Positions 63,694 through 64,000 of a stretch of DNA of 64,000 nucleotides are shown in pieces (within the stretch, counting starts at the first letter, position 1; the number at the start of each line of letters is the position of its first letter). Source of the stretch: a virus; the IMG/VR virus record IMGVR_UViG_3300029286_003689, positions 11,019 through 75,018 of that record; one strand, 5' to 3'. The position numbers were made by a program, and so were the translations under genes. The notes beneath the pieces were generated by a model. It saw only the letters and a list, made by a program, of their open reading frames with translations, did not search any database and had not been told where the DNA came from.

Positions 63694-64000
63694 TAACTTG
63701 CCCCTTCCTCCGGAAGGTCCCGCTTCTTCTTACGCGAGACTATATTGCCATCCGGTAATTTGACGATCACTGTCGTCTTGGTTTCTTTGATTAACTCTGC
63801 CTCTACGAGTTTGCGTCCACCTTTGTCATTGATATATACCTTCAACTGGCCTCACCCCCCTTCGGAAGTTATGTTGGTTAATGAATTCTTTGCAAGATTG
63901 CACTAAACAAAACCAAAATCCCCGCGGCCACGATACAACCTAAGATTATGGTTGCTTCGTATATTGCGTTCTCCGCTTTTCTTGCGTAATAATCGTGCAT

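Larger units (their letters stand above)
27806..64000 (-). mobile_element. Prophage B (podovirus-type), left part; continues right of window; carries two DGRs
   Basis: Second complete set of tail, capsid, portal, terminase and early genes in the same orientation. Confidence 0.9.

Noticed and set aside
1-64000. Alternative genetic code or host assignment
   Set aside because: Genes are full-length and tightly packed in the standard code, and no host genes are present, so the host cannot be named from this window.

Overview
This window is entirely phage DNA: two different podovirus-type temperate prophages in head-to-tail tandem, joined at about 27.8 kb by an attP-like junction whose core is the first 21 nt of a tRNA. 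Prophage A (<1-~27826) has BPP-1/epsilon15-type head and tail genes, terminase, a methyltransferase-rich early region, RecT/YqaJ, a CAU tRNA, a cro/cI-like switch and a tyrosine integrase. Prophage B (~27806->64000) has a lysis-position cassette, tail fibre, internal virion proteins, a different capsid and PBSX-type terminase, a peptide deformylase, methyltransferases and replication genes. The main result is that prophage B carries two independent diversity-generating retroelements (DGRs). DGR1 (TR 31705-31818, RT 30543-31574, no adjacent avd) targets the tail-fibre C-terminus, with 13/13 mismatches at TR adenines. DGR2 (avd, TR 60326-60430, RT 59251-60345) sits in the early recombination/replication operon. 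It targets two small, apparently cytoplasmic, stand-alone Lcl/DUF1566-like proteins, with 17/17 and 11/11 substitutions at TR adenines. Repeat alignments and hairpins were read by hand. Product names come from motif recognition and synteny, not database searches.
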